64,000 nucleotides of DNA from Sulfurimonadaceae bacterium (lineage in GTDB: Bacteria > Campylobacterota > Campylobacteria > Campylobacterales > Sulfurimonadaceae). Positions 17,979-27,099 of the stretch are shown here, piece after piece. How positions within the stretch are numbered: the stretch's first letter is position 1; every line of letters begins with the position of its first letter. The stretch is taken from NCBI GenBank assembly GCA_041553195.1, contig JBFEJN010000004.1:3036-67035 (forward strand). The letters are read 5' to 3'. The notes below the pieces were generated by a model, which did no database searches, was not told the DNA's origin, and saw only the letters and a program-made list of their open reading frames with translations. The position numbers were made by a program, and so were the translations under genes.

Positions 17979-18977
17979 TTAACGCATTAACACTTCTACT
18001 ACACGACTAACACTGACTATACACCCCTCAAGATACCCGCCATCATGAAATGCTGATTCTGTTCCGGTAAATAAAAGTCTGTTGTCATATATGCTTGCAT
18101 CAAAACCATAATTAGGATGGGTCGCTAGTGACTGATGGTCGCTTTTCACAGAAGTGTAAGATTCTTTCGTCCAGTCGGTGATGTAGATGTTTTTTATTTG
18201 CTTGGCGGCGTCTCCAAAGAGTCTGGACATCTGTTCTCTGACCGCCTTCTCGCTTTTATCGTTTGCATTGGCATGAAAGAAACCAAAAAGTGCGGCTTTC
18301 TCCTCGGTGCAGGCATCGTGGATCTCGCCCAGCGGTCCGACATGGCTGAAGCCAAAACCGCTCAACCCTTTTTCCCGCCAAAACGGCGTTTCAAATTCGA
18401 CGGTGCATTTGGCGGCATTGCCCATCCAGGTCGGAATATTCGAAAGGGTCTTGGTAATATCGGCAGGCAGTTTCGGCTTGTACTCGAGGGATGCGGCGGC
18501 TAGTCGCGGCGGCAGGGTGTTGAGTACGATGTCCGCATTGTAGGTTGTCTCTTTTGTGTGTACCAGGAGGTGGTCGGTGCTTTTTTCGATGCCGGTCACA
18601 GGCGAATTTAAGATGATCGTATTGCCTGCCAGTTTGTGTTCCAGGGCCTTGAGAAGGGCGGCTATACCGCCCTTTATACGACCGGACGGTGGCGATGGCG
18701 GCGGGTTGAACATTTCGACACCCTGCGGTGTGTCGTAGAGGGCGAGTCCCTTCGTGTACTGCGTAAAAAGTTCCAGGTTGTTTTCGCGGATGAGCCGTAA
18801 CATGTGTTTTTGGTGGGGCCAGACCCATGAAGGGCCCATGTCAAAACCATCAACCGTATGAATACGTCCGCCGATGCGGTCGCGTGCTTCAAGAATGGTG
18901 ACATTACAATGTTGTTGAAGCAGGGTGGCGGCGTAAATGCCGCTCAGGCCTGCACCGATGATGACAATGTTTTTCAT
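17979..18977 (-). CDS. Flavin monoamine oxidase family FAD-dependent oxidoreductase
   Basis: IIGAGLSG, LEARDRIGGRI, DMGPSW, FTGTE, GGYLEG. Confidence 0.85.
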   Translation of the reverse strand: MKNIVIIGAGLSGIYAATLLQQHCNVTILEARDRIGGRIHTVDGFDMGPSWVWPHQKHMLRLIRENNLELFTQYTKGLALYDTPQGVEMFNPPPSPPSGRIKGGIAALLKALEHKLAGNTIILNSPVTGIEKSTDHLLVHTKETTYNADIVLNTLPPRLAAASLEYKPKLPADITKTLSNIPTWMGNAAKCTVEFETPFWREKGLSGFGFSHVGPLGEIHDACTEEKAALFGFFHANANDKSEKAVREQMSRLFGDAAKQIKNIYITDWTKESYTSVKSDHQSLATHPNYGFDASIYDNRLLFTGTESAFHDGGYLEGCIVSVSRVVEVLMR

Positions 18978-19034
18978 GGTGTAAGTGTAGTCATAGAGTT
19001 TTAAAGTTGTGCAGGGCAGTAAGAGTAGCTGAAA

Positions 19035-19481
19035 TTAATCAGCAAGAAAATCTTTTTCCCAGAAAAACTCTATCCAGTCATTGGCTTCGTGAAGCGCAAA
19101 ATCGGGCTGGATGACAGCCGTTTTTTTGTAGTAGATCGATGCGATCTTAAAGGTGACCTCCGGGAAACAGTTTTGCAGATGTTCCACGACCTCTTTGATG
19201 GTCTGGCCGCTGTCGACAATGTCGTCAAGCAGCAGCACTCTTTTGGCATGCTGGAGTTCAGGAACGTTAAAGATCTCACAGCTTTTACCCCGCTGGTCCC
19301 CTTCGTAGAGAATAGAGTTGATGCTCATAAGTTGACGGTTGTCGGTTGCTGAGGCGTAGGCATGGCCAAGGGTCAGACCGCCGCGTGCGATGGCGATCAG
19401 TGTGTCGGGACGGTAGTCAGCACTCAGTTTGACAAGGGCTTTGACATCGGTGACGAAGCGGTCATAGGAATAGTAGGTCAT
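19035..19481 (-). CDS. Type I phosphoribosyltransferase (purine salvage-like)
   Basis: IARGG and VLLLDDIVDSGQT PRPP-binding motif. Confidence 0.88.
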   Translation of the reverse strand: MTYYSYDRFVTDVKALVKLSADYRPDTLIAIARGGLTLGHAYASATDNRQLMSINSILYEGDQRGKSCEIFNVPELQHAKRVLLLDDIVDSGQTIKEVVEHLQNCFPEVTFKIASIYYKKTAVIQPDFALHEANDWIEFFWEKDFLAD

Positions 19482-20146
19482 CTCTCTTCACTCTCTTTTT
19501 GAAATAGGGCGCGGACTTTGAGCGTGGAGAGCGTGGATTCGTTTTGATAGATACTGAACTCCAGCTCACGGCACTCTTTCATGGTAAAGAGCCGCAGCTC
19601 GTTAAAGGTGAGCGGCCAGGGCGGACCGTCAAACTTTTCATGGTCGAGTTTGGCGTTGCAGACAGCCAGTACCTTGGCCTGAGGCCGCATCAAGGATGAG
19701 ATAGCCGTGATGACACGGTCGCGCAGCGCAAGCGGCAGGGACTGTATGGTAAAGGCCTCAAAGACAAAGTCGAACTGCCCCAGCAGGTCATCGGGGAGAT
19801 TAAAAAGGTCGGCGACGCGAAAATCGATGTCGGCCCCCTCGAAACGCTCTCTTGCCCACGCTATCGCCTCGGGAGAGATGTCGATGGCGGTGACTTCGAA
19901 ACCTGCCAGATAGAGAGCAAAGGCATCATCGCCCAAACCGCAGCCGATGACGATCGCCTTGGAGGGCGTGCCGGTAAAGTTCTCAAGATATTCTGTGAGA
20001 AAAGGGTTGGGTTCGCCTTTTGCCCATGCAATGGTCTCGATCTGTTTAGAGGCCTCCTTGTAGTAGTCGTCAAACCAACTGGTCGCCTCTTCTTGTGCTT
20101 TGTTGTAGTCAAATGGTGTCTGTTCAGCTTTATTCATGGACGACAT
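19478..20146 (-). CDS. Class I SAM-dependent methyltransferase (TPMT/TehB-like)
   Basis: VIGCGLGDD, AIDIS, ADLF, GPPW motifs. Confidence 0.85.
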   Translation of the reverse strand: MSSMNKAEQTPFDYNKAQEEATSWFDDYYKEASKQIETIAWAKGEPNPFLTEYLENFTGTPSKAIVIGCGLGDDAFALYLAGFEVTAIDISPEAIAWARERFEGADIDFRVADLFNLPDDLLGQFDFVFEAFTIQSLPLALRDRVITAISSLMRPQAKVLAVCNAKLDHEKFDGPPWPLTFNELRLFTMKECRELEFSIYQNESTLSTLKVRALFQKESEER

Positions 20147-20290
20147 TATGGCATTTTTGCATGAAAAAGAGGTTTATAAACGACACTGACATGAAGCTCT
20201 CAGTTATAAATCTGTATTATTAGTAAGCTTACCTGTGGGTGAGTTAAAAAAGGCATTATGTATGCCTAAGGGGAGCCTCCTATTCTTACC

Positions 20291-21424
20291 ATGCCCGATG
20301 AGATCTATAATCTCGAAAAAAACGACATACACGACAACCTGCTCTACTATCCCTACGGAATAAAACATCTTCTCTCCCTGCAAAAACAGGGGATGGCCGA
20401 AGATGAACCGCAATACATCAGCTCGTACCGCTCATTTGAAGGCGAGGCTTTTGAAAATTTTATCTATGAACGGCTATTGCGATGGTCGGTAACGCAAGAC
20501 GATATAGTCAAATTTATCTCTAAAGGGCCAAATGCGCCTAAAACAGAGTCGCTTCCAAACACCCTCTCTGTCAACGCCAAAGGACAGATCGTCTACCGTA
20601 CGAACCGCAACGAGATCGGCGAGTTTGACGCGCTTTTTATAACCAAAGACGGCACGCTGTACATGGTCGAGATGACATTGACCAAATCGGTGACCAACCT
20701 CAAGCGCCGTCTGCGTAAGAAAAAAGCCTTGCTGGAGACGATCTTTCCGCAATACAAGGTCAAGGCACTGTTGATCCTGAATGAAGGTGTTACGGGAACG
20801 AAGCAGCTTCAGGACTTCTGTACGGTCTGGATCACCAAGCCGTTTTTCGCCCAGGATATTTTGAGCTGGCTGAGCGACAAGGACAATGTCAAACGTAAAC
20901 CCTACCAAAAGGTCAAAGACAAAAGGGTGGTCGGAACAGCCCAACTGCAAATTAGACCGTTCAAATATTACAACACCCTCACATGGCTGATGAAACGTTC
21001 GAGAAGTAATAAAAAGACTGTTCTTGACATGCACTTTTTAAATAAACCCGACGTTGTCCGCAAGATCGATCTTATTACCAAGTTCTATATCGGTTACATG
21101 GATGCAGTGGACTTTAAAAAGATCGCGCCGGAAGTGACACGCGATATTCCCAAAAAAGTGGTGGTCGCGATCGAGAAGGAACATACGGGAGAACTGGGAC
21201 TGATCTATTTTCTGCAGCATGGCCGCCGCAACATCGACATGGTCCACATATTGGATCACGGCGGTGTCAAGGTCGAGAAGAAAGACCCGTACGGTATTAC
21301 CGTCAATGAAGTGCACCATATTTTGCGCGCGATCAAGCTCGAAGACAAGATAACTCCGGAGCAGAACGCAGAGATCAAACAGCTGCTTAAAGCTGATTTT
21401 GCCCGAAAAGACAGAATCGACTGA
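20291..21424 (+). CDS. Hypothetical protein with a restriction-endonuclease-like (PD-(D/E)xK) core
   Basis: GEAFE...GEFD...LYMVEMT pattern; assignment by eye. Confidence 0.55.
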   Translation: MPDEIYNLEKNDIHDNLLYYPYGIKHLLSLQKQGMAEDEPQYISSYRSFEGEAFENFIYERLLRWSVTQDDIVKFISKGPNAPKTESLPNTLSVNAKGQIVYRTNRNEIGEFDALFITKDGTLYMVEMTLTKSVTNLKRRLRKKKALLETIFPQYKVKALLILNEGVTGTKQLQDFCTVWITKPFFAQDILSWLSDKDNVKRKPYQKVKDKRVVGTAQLQIRPFKYYNTLTWLMKRSRSNKKTVLDMHFLNKPDVVRKIDLITKFYIGYMDAVDFKKIAPEVTRDIPKKVVVAIEKEHTGELGLIYFLQHGRRNIDMVHILDHGGVKVEKKDPYGITVNEVHHILRAIKLEDKITPEQNAEIKQLLKADFARKDRID

Positions 21425-21425
21425 T

Positions 21426-22163
21426 TTAGAAAATAGCGTCGTGCCACTGCACTAAGGTGAGCCGATACCCCTCGTTGACGGGTTTGACCTCATGGGTGTA
21501 GATGGGGTTGCTGGCAAAGACGATAAGTGTCCCCATTTTCGGTTTAAACATCACCGTGTTCCCCTCTCTGTCTCTAAAATAGTTAAAGGCCAATTCGCCC
21601 CCGTTAAAGCTATAGGGGTCTGTAATGCTCTCAGAGTACGCACTGGCAAAAAGAACGCTGCTGAGCTTTCGCTGGGGCGCGACCTGTTTGAACCCTATGA
21701 TATTGCCATCAAGATCGATCAGCATACTGGAATCATCGGCATGCGGTTTATAGAAAGAACCCTCTGTATACTCAAGGACCTGGACGTCGGTAGCGGTCGT
21801 GAGCGAGAGAGCGAAAAAGGCTTCGATCTGCGGCCGTGCTTTTGCAAAGGCCTCGGCATAGAGTTTGGCGTGAAGACGTTTGAGCTTGTATATTTTTGTC
21901 TTACGAATGCGCTGGTTCATCTTTTTGGAGCGGCTTCGCAGTGCGGCATGTTTGGCATTGTTGTCTTTTTGAATATTGTTGATGATCTGTTGACAGGTAC
22001 GTTCGTCCAGAAAATCTTCGATGATCAGGTACGGCAATTCGTTATAAGGGTTTGGCATCAGCGGCATCGCAATGTCAAGCGCGAACAGAAAATCTTCTGC
22101 AAAGATCTTGTCACTGATCTGGCGCATTGGTGTTACCGTTGCGGCCGGGGTTACGTCATACAC
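21426..22163 (-). CDS. 2OG-Fe(II) oxygenase (prolyl-hydroxylase-like)
   Basis: HAD, RKLS, GGEL, HEV.PV and R.T motifs; GTG start overlaps the SDR stop. Confidence 0.85.
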   Translation of the reverse strand: MYDVTPAATVTPMRQISDKIFAEDFLFALDIAMPLMPNPYNELPYLIIEDFLDERTCQQIINNIQKDNNAKHAALRSRSKKMNQRIRKTKIYKLKRLHAKLYAEAFAKARPQIEAFFALSLTTATDVQVLEYTEGSFYKPHADDSSMLIDLDGNIIGFKQVAPQRKLSSVLFASAYSESITDPYSFNGGELAFNYFRDREGNTVMFKPKMGTLIVFASNPIYTHEVKPVNEGYRLTLVQWHDAIF

Positions 22164-22983
22164 GCAGAAGTACCTTGTCGAGCCATGCTGTCGGCAACAG
22201 GCGTTTCAATGTTCCCAACAGATGCGTGGCAGTCGTCACATAATAGCGCGGTCGGGGCTGTTCTTTTTCGAGGGCCAGCAACACTTTTTTGATAACTTCG
22301 ATAGGCTCTTTGGTAAAGGGATCGTTCGTGCTTTTCTTCTCTTTGCGTGCCAGGACCTCCGCTTTATATTCCTCGGTAAAGACACTTTTTTCAATATCAA
22401 CGTATTGCAGGAACTTCTCGGTTGCATTGTCGCGAAACCTGGAGTGAACAGGACCGGTGTTCATTGTAACGACATGAATATTACTGCCCTGGAGTTCCAA
22501 ACGAAGGGTGTCGCACAGCCCTTCGATCGCATACTTGCTGGCATTATAGGCACCGCGAAACCGCAGTGCGATCAGACCAAGAACAGAAGAGTGCTGGATA
22601 ATACGGCCGTATCCCTGTCGGCGCATAATCGGAATAATGCGTCTGGTCATCTCGTGCAGGCCGATGACATTGGTCTCGAACTGTTCGCGCAAGGCTTCGC
22701 TCTTCACATCTTCGAGTGCACCGGGCTGTCCGTAGCCGGCATTGTTGAACAATGCGTAAAGGGTCCCACCAGTCTGCGCCAATACATGTTCAAGGGCACG
22801 CTCAATAGAGTCTGTGTCAGTCACATCGAGCTGCAAGGCGTTAAGCCCTTCTTGCGACAAACGTTCAACATCATCATGCTTGCGTGCAGTAGCAAAGACC
22901 TCATAGCCGTTGCGATGTAAATAGTGCGCTGTTTCATAGCCGATACCACTTGAACAGCCTGTGATGAGGATTGTTTTTTTCAT
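22156..22983 (-). CDS. SDR family oxidoreductase (YbbO-like)
   Basis: TGCSSGIG, NNAG, YNASK. Confidence 0.92.
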   Translation of the reverse strand: MKKTILITGCSSGIGYETAHYLHRNGYEVFATARKHDDVERLSQEGLNALQLDVTDTDSIERALEHVLAQTGGTLYALFNNAGYGQPGALEDVKSEALREQFETNVIGLHEMTRRIIPIMRRQGYGRIIQHSSVLGLIALRFRGAYNASKYAIEGLCDTLRLELQGSNIHVVTMNTGPVHSRFRDNATEKFLQYVDIEKSVFTEEYKAEVLARKEKKSTNDPFTKEPIEVIKKVLLALEKEQPRPRYYVTTATHLLGTLKRLLPTAWLDKVLLRV

Positions 22984-23070
22984 GATGGAATTTTAGCCAA
23001 ATTGTGCGGGTTTATGAACTGTTTATGTGTTCATTCTACAATTTAAACAAAAGGTCATAAGGAGTCAGGT

Positions 23071-23616
23071 ATGAAACAGATCCTATTAGGTGTAGCACTG
23101 CTGCTGATGGCATCGATGCTTGCAGCAGAAGAAGTGAAAAAAGCATATTTTGCAGGCGGTTGTTTCTGCGGTGTCGAGTATTATCTTGAAAAACTCGACG
23201 GGGTCAAAGATGTCGTCTCTGGTTTTATGGGCGGGCATCTCAAAAACCCCTCATATCGGGAAGTCTCCTACACTAACACCGGTCATGTGGAGACGGTAGA
23301 GGTCATCTATGACCCCTCAAAGATCTCGTATGAGACACTTGCGAAAAACTTTTTTGAGATCCACGACTTTACACAGACCAACGGGCAGGGGCCTGACATC
23401 GGCAGTCAGTACCTCTCGGTTATCTTCTATGGAGACATGCAGGAGAAAGCGGTGGCACAGAAACTGGTCGAAATCCTGACAAAAAAAGGGTACAAGGTGG
23501 CCACCGAAATAAAAAAGGCGGAGACCTTCTATCCGGCAGAGGGGTATCATCAGGACTATTACCAGCGGCACGGAAAATTGCCGTATTGCCACAGCTATAA
23601 GAAGGTGTTTGATTGA
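23071..23616 (+). CDS. msrA: Peptide-methionine (S)-S-oxide reductase with signal peptide; GCFC in place of GCFW
   Basis: FAGGCFCG, TGHVE, HD.TQ..GQG.D.G.QY, AE.YHQDY, YCH. Confidence 0.9.
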   Translation: MKQILLGVALLLMASMLAAEEVKKAYFAGGCFCGVEYYLEKLDGVKDVVSGFMGGHLKNPSYREVSYTNTGHVETVEVIYDPSKISYETLAKNFFEIHDFTQTNGQGPDIGSQYLSVIFYGDMQEKAVAQKLVEILTKKGYKVATEIKKAETFYPAEGYHQDYYQRHGKLPYCHSYKKVFD

Positions 23617-23725
23617 TGTAAGATAAAAGTGTCTGCTTTTTCTCGTTTGTCAATGCCGTTTCAGACGCCATGGCATATAATGAAGAACATAGAGATAATG
23701 TCGATTTTCTAAAAAAGGAGAAGCG

Positions 23726-24235
23726 ATGGAGACCAACGCCTTACCTCATTACGACATGAGCGATAACCCCACCAACTGTTGCCCACGGTTCAAACCTCAG
23801 GGATGGGATGAACAGGAACTCCACTTTAAAGACAAACTGTTCCTCAAAGCGACAACCCGGAGTTTTTTCCATATCCCGCTTAACATGGGCACTGTATTTC
23901 CCCGGACCTTCGAGGCGATTCAAAAAGCGGATGCCCAAAATATGGACCAGTTCATCGTACTTTCCTATGACCCATCCGCTTGGAGAGGTGAACACTATTT
24001 CTCAGTGACCAAAGCGGTGCCGGACCAGGAGATGGTGGAGATAAGCGGCGACTTTCTGACCAAGGTCTTTGAAGGTCCCTACAAAGATGCGCCGAAGTGG
24101 GAAAAAGAGATGGAATCCTTTGTCCAAAGCAAGGGGAAAAAGGTGAAAAAAACCTATTTTTTCTATACGACGTGCCCAAAATGCGCGAAGTTCTATGGCA
24201 AAAACTATATGGTCGCTGTCTCCGAGGTTGAATAG
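23726..24235 (+). CDS. Conserved hypothetical protein (GyrI-like small-molecule-binding; often loosely labelled hydrolase)
   Basis: CCP near the N-terminus, VFEGPY and YTTCPKCAK.YGKNY; AAGGAG RBS. Confidence 0.65.
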   Translation: METNALPHYDMSDNPTNCCPRFKPQGWDEQELHFKDKLFLKATTRSFFHIPLNMGTVFPRTFEAIQKADAQNMDQFIVLSYDPSAWRGEHYFSVTKAVPDQEMVEISGDFLTKVFEGPYKDAPKWEKEMESFVQSKGKKVKKTYFFYTTCPKCAKFYGKNYMVAVSEVE

Positions 24236-24307
24236 TGATGGAGAAAAGGTCCTGGTATTAATGGCAGTGGAGTATAATGCCGGCATATCATTTTTAGAGG
24301 GCGTAAG

Positions 24308-25450
24308 GTGCAGATCTCACAAGCAACCAAAATAACTTTACTGTTACTCTCCATGGTAACAGTGATGTCCAATGTTGCCATCATTACCTCCTTGCCGCAT
24401 CTTAAAAACCATTTTCCGGACGTGGCGGAGATGGAACTCTACTCACGTCTTATGATCACACTGCCGTCCCTCTCTATCGCCTTTCTTGCCCCGTTTTTAG
24501 GGCATCTTTTACATCGGCTGCGAAGAAAGACCTCTGTCGTTATCGGACTGCTGCTGTTTGCGCTTACAGGAAGTGCCGGTCTCTACCTGCAGACCATCGA
24601 GACTTTGCTGCTTTCACGCGCCTTGCTGGGCGTTGCTATCGCTATTCTGATGATAGTCACGACGGCGCTGGTGGGCGACTACTTTGCCGAGGCGACCCGT
24701 CACAAATACATGGGACTCCAAAGCGCCTTTACCTCGGTCGGGGGCATCCTGTTTCTCATCGGCGGCGGTCTGCTCAGCGACATGGACTGGCGTTATCCGT
24801 TTGGCATCTATCTTGTCGGGGTGCTCTTTTTGCTCCCGGTCATCCTCTTTTTACGGGAGCCGGAGACGACGAAAACAGAAACAGCACCGGACGAACTGCA
24901 GCCCCGTCTCATGGGCATCTATTTTCTGGCTTTTCTTTTAATGCTCATCTTCTACGTCCTGCCGACGCAGATGCCGTTTTTGATCATCAACCACTTCGGG
25001 GCAAGCGGGACCTTGACCGGCACGATCATCGGTACGGCCTTTGTTGCCAATGCCATGGGGGCGATGAGCTTTTCCAAACTCAAACAGCACTTCAGTTTTA
25101 AGATGATCTACGTCATCGGTCTCGGTATCATCGGGACAGGGTTTATTTTAATAGGGCTAGTCGAGGATGTCCACTATTTTTTCCTGACTTCTCCGATCAT
25201 GGGCTTTGGCGGCGGTGTGTTGATGACCAATATTATGGCGTGGATGTTAAGCAAGTCGCATCACAGCAAACGCGTTAAGTCTTCGGGCTACATCACCAGT
25301 GCGATCTTTTTGGGGCAGTTTGCTTCACCGATAGTCTTTCACCCAGTGGTGCTTTTCTTCGGGATACAGGACTTCTTCTCCGTCATCGGTATGGTACTTT
25401 TGTCGATTGTAGCGTTGCTCATGCTTTTGAAGGGCTATTTGAAGCTCTAG
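24308..25450 (+). CDS. MFS transporter
   Basis: About 12 hydrophobic segments; GTG start; TATAAT at 24273-24278. Confidence 0.85.
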   Translation: MQISQATKITLLLLSMVTVMSNVAIITSLPHLKNHFPDVAEMELYSRLMITLPSLSIAFLAPFLGHLLHRLRRKTSVVIGLLLFALTGSAGLYLQTIETLLLSRALLGVAIAILMIVTTALVGDYFAEATRHKYMGLQSAFTSVGGILFLIGGGLLSDMDWRYPFGIYLVGVLFLLPVILFLREPETTKTETAPDELQPRLMGIYFLAFLLMLIFYVLPTQMPFLIINHFGASGTLTGTIIGTAFVANAMGAMSFSKLKQHFSFKMIYVIGLGIIGTGFILIGLVEDVHYFFLTSPIMGFGGGVLMTNIMAWMLSKSHHSKRVKSSGYITSAIFLGQFASPIVFHPVVLFFGIQDFFSVIGMVLLSIVALLMLLKGYLKL

Positions 25451-25539
25451 GAACTTGCGCGAGCGAAGATGTTTAAATATCATGTTTTAAGTGAATGCGG
25501 TATAGACTTGAATTATCTAAACACCCAGGGTGAACATTT

Positions 25540-26142
25540 ATGAAGTATCTTTGGCTCATTACCTTTACCATTGTCTTTATCTGGTCCGGCATCGAGCCCA
25601 AAGACAGGTTGACGTGGGGTCTTGAAGTCGCACCTGCTGTGATCGCTTTAGCGGTCATTATCTACACCTACCGCTCCTTCAAACTGACCCCTTTCGTCTA
25701 TGTGCTGATTCTGCTTCACTGCATACTCTTGATGGTCGGCGGACACTACACGTATGCTGAAGTCCCTCTCTTTGAGTACCTGAAAGAACCGTTAGGATTT
25801 ACCCGTAACAACTTCGACAAGCTGGGCCATTTAATGCAGGGCTTCGTCCCCGCACTGGTTGCCAGAGAGATCCTGATCCGTAAAAGCATCATTGTTCATG
25901 CGGGGTGGCGAGACTTTTTCATTCTCTCTTTCTGTCTGGCTGTCAGTGCGTTTTATGAGATCATAGAGTGGTGGGTCGCCTTGGCCTCGGGAGAGAGTGC
26001 CGAAGCCTTCCTTGGGACGCAGGGCTATATATGGGACACGCAGTCCGACATGTGGCTTGCCATGGTCGGGGCTTTAGTCGCGTTACTGCTGTTGGGCAAA
26101 GTGCATGACAGACAGATCGAAGCGCTAAAGAACGGGCAGTGA
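25540..26142 (+). CDS. DUF2238 (YjdF-like) inner membrane protein
   Basis: GGHYTYAEVP, RNNFDKLGH, YEIIEWW, GTQGYIWDTQSDM. Confidence 0.85.
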   Translation: MKYLWLITFTIVFIWSGIEPKDRLTWGLEVAPAVIALAVIIYTYRSFKLTPFVYVLILLHCILLMVGGHYTYAEVPLFEYLKEPLGFTRNNFDKLGHLMQGFVPALVAREILIRKSIIVHAGWRDFFILSFCLAVSAFYEIIEWWVALASGESAEAFLGTQGYIWDTQSDMWLAMVGALVALLLLGKVHDRQIEALKNGQ

Positions 26143-26173
26143 CCGCGGTAACAGAGATCAAAGGGTATAAAGA

Positions 26174-26977
26174 GTGAAAAAAGTAACCTCGTTAAGTCTG
26201 GCATTTGCATTTTTAATTATGAGCTATACGGGTATTATGCTCTTTCTGACGCCTAAGGGGCGCGTTGCTTACTGGAGCGATTGGCATCTTTTCGGTTTGA
26301 CCAAAACGCAATATGCAGATCTACACACCACATCGATGGTCACCTTTCTCTTTTTTGCTCTCTGGCACATCTACTACAACTGGAAGCCGATCGTCAGTTA
26401 CTTGAAGGATGTCAATAAAAAAGTCTCTTTTACTAAAAAAGAGTTTTTGATTGCCCTTGGCATCAACCTCTTTTTCGTTGTCGGTACACTTTACCACGTG
26501 CAGCCGATGAACGCGTTCCTGCAGATGGGCGATACCATCAAAGAGTCGTGGGCAAAACAGTATGAGGAACCGCCGTACGGTCATGCCGAGGAGACGAAGT
26601 TAAAGGTACTATGCCAGAAGTTAAACATCGACCTTGCCCAGGCTAAAGAGAAGTTGCAGCGTAACAACATTGTCTTTGACGAAAGGCAGTCGCTGCAGAC
26701 CATCGCCCGAAACAACAACACGACACCAAGCAGTATTTACAATCTGATTAAAAATGCCAATGACGCATCGCACAGTAAAGAGGAGAACATTCCTGCCTCA
26801 TTGGGACGTAAAACCCTGCAGGAACTGAGCGATATGCATAAGATCGATCTGAACAGGTCGATAGAACTCTTAAAGGCAAAGGGCGTAAGTGATGTGACCC
26901 CTGAGAGTAAAATGAAAAACATCGCCGATGAGCTTGGCCTGATGCCGGTGGATGTCTATACGCTTCTGATCAAGTAG
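26174..26977 (+). CDS. DUF4405 domain membrane protein
   Basis: 3 TM segments with DLH and HIYYNWK; soluble C-terminus with two similar small domains (TL..L....IDL). Confidence 0.75.
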   Translation: MKKVTSLSLAFAFLIMSYTGIMLFLTPKGRVAYWSDWHLFGLTKTQYADLHTTSMVTFLFFALWHIYYNWKPIVSYLKDVNKKVSFTKKEFLIALGINLFFVVGTLYHVQPMNAFLQMGDTIKESWAKQYEEPPYGHAEETKLKVLCQKLNIDLAQAKEKLQRNNIVFDERQSLQTIARNNNTTPSSIYNLIKNANDASHSKEENIPASLGRKTLQELSDMHKIDLNRSIELLKAKGVSDVTPESKMKNIADELGLMPVDVYTLLIK

Positions 26978-27099
26978 AACCAGATAACTGCAGGGTGCAA
27001 GCGCACATATGCATACCATTCACCTTTCTCGGCGCTCTGTTTAGAGATGCACATAAGCTTTCTTAGTTAAAATAGCACTACTATTACAGAAGGTTTTTT

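Noticed and set aside
21492-22920. Long plus-strand ORFs of 266 and 282 aa
   Set aside because: Antisense shadows of the 2OG oxygenase and SDR genes; no motifs or RBS.
26985-27060. Possible fourth copy of repeat family A
   Set aside because: Only short matches (GGTGCAA, ATTCACCT); the core hairpin and terminal motifs are missing.
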